Assembly (NCBI GenBank): GCA_964580565.1 | Contig: CAZOLN010000008.1 | Span: 1,209-36,837 of the forward strand | Length of the DNA: 35,629 bases | Direction: 5' to 3' | Source of the DNA: an uncultured Anaerolineales bacterium | Lineage (GTDB): Bacteria; Chloroflexota; Anaerolineae; B4-G1; DUEL01 | Shown here: piece after piece, positions 35,351 through 35,629 of the stretch | How the letters are laid out: each line of letters starts with the position of its first letter | Numbering within the stretch: the stretch's first letter is position 1 | The notes under the pieces: model-generated | Told to the model about the DNA's origin: nothing | Seen by the model: only the letters and a program-made list of their open reading frames with translations | Databases searched by the model: none | Made by a program: the position numbers and the translations under genes

Positions 35351-35379
35351 ATTGTACACCGAACTCGGTGGAGAGGCAA
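35351..35379 (-). promoter_or_regulatory. Promoter of the HIT-thiolase-hbd operon, leaderless-type, with a palindrome in the spacer
   Basis: The minus strand reads TTGCCT (35379-35374), a 17-nt spacer, TACAAT (35356-35351), then only 7 nt (CAAAACG) before the ATG at 35343. The spacer contains CACCGA-AC-TCGGTG (35357-35370). Confidence 0.55.
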
Positions 35380-35480
35380 TTCCCACGCGCCCGCTCGAGA
35401 CAGTATCAGATTAGTAGATGGAAAAAGAGCCATTGGTCTGGCATACCTTGGGGCAAAGGGAACCGAGTCCAAGTGCGAAC

Positions 35481-35509
35481 TTGACAGATTCGAACATTTG
35501 TGCTAATCT
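35481..35509 (+). promoter_or_regulatory. recA promoter with an overlapping Cheo/SOS-box-like site
   Basis: TTGACA (35481-35486), a 17-nt spacer, TAATCT (35504-35509). The spacer contains CGAACATTTGTGC (35491-35503), which resembles CGAAC-N4-GTTCG with mismatches in the right half. Confidence 0.5.
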
Positions 35510-35548
35510 GACGGCGAAGGGAAAGGCCCTTTCGAAAGGAGAGAGAAG

Positions 35549-35629
35549 ATGGCGGGAGATGAGAGCAAACGATTGAAGGCGCTGGAGGCGGCGCTGGCGG
35601 CACTGGAGAAGCGGTTCGGGGAGGGGGCC
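35549..35629 (+). CDS. recA: Recombinase RecA, N-terminal 27 codons (3' end beyond the window)
   Basis: MAGDESKRLKALEAALAALEKRFGEGA matches the conserved RecA N-terminus pattern (K.KAL..AL..IEK.FGKG). A GGAGAG SD lies upstream. Confidence 0.8.
   Translation, partial: MAGDESKRLKALEAALAALEKRFGEGA

Noticed and set aside
14104-35472. Longest-ORF start codons for DUF2905 (14388), ruvB (15524), glpK (15389), MBL (18174), plsY (22174), ubiE (24907), DUF2723 (29201), the opine dehydrogenase (30504), thiolase (34838) and HIT (35472).
   Set aside because: The extensions are Arg/Pro/Gly-rich and extend over neighbouring genes, repeat elements or promoters. Conserved family N-termini and GGAGG sites (or -10 boxes) support the downstream starts reported in the feature list.

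Overview
This is a G+C-rich bacterial chromosomal segment, judged by eye and not computed. Gene content and style suggest a Chloroflexota-like thermophile (DUF2723/GT39-like proteins, LCP protein with Pro/Thr linkers, dense GGAGG Shine-Dalgarno sites), but that is only a guess. I support 35 protein-coding genes, two of them cut by the window edges, and almost all are housekeeping or metabolic. They include a GcvT-family aminomethyltransferase, two 2-hydroxyacid dehydrogenases, a class-V aminotransferase, a lipoate-protein ligase-like gene and purine nucleoside phosphorylase. Also present are queA, ruvB, glpK, plsY, an LCP protein, menA plus ubiE/menG plus a second methyltransferase, a DUF2723 membrane glycosyltransferase-like protein, an opine-dehydrogenase-family gene, an orphan multi-pass GAF histidine kinase, hbd plus thiolase plus HIT, and the start of recA. 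The only classic accessory module is one VapBC-type toxin-antitoxin pair. I saw no rRNA, tRNA, CRISPR array, transposase or recognisable defence island. I could not identify a convincing multi-gene novel system. The non-coding layer is the most interesting part: (1) A clear tandem glycine riboswitch with an ON-type terminator platform lies on the minus strand. It drives an aminotransferase/dehydrogenase pair rather than gcvTHP. (2) A family of about 70-85 bp palindromic REP/MITE-like elements built from CACAGAGG-type units sits directly after stop codons, with 7 full copies and 3 half copies. (3) An unclassified, heavily base-paired element of about 135 nt lies immediately upstream of a methyltransferase start codon. 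It is flanked by a 12-nt direct repeat that duplicates the start-codon context. (4) Several operon-first genes have -10 boxes 7-10 nt from the start codon and no SD, which is a leaderless-type arrangement. (5) An 868-aa protein without a signal peptide carries two glycosidase-like TIM barrels flanking three SH3b-like modules. Many long alternate-frame ORFs in the supplied track are high-GC shadow ORFs and were rejected.
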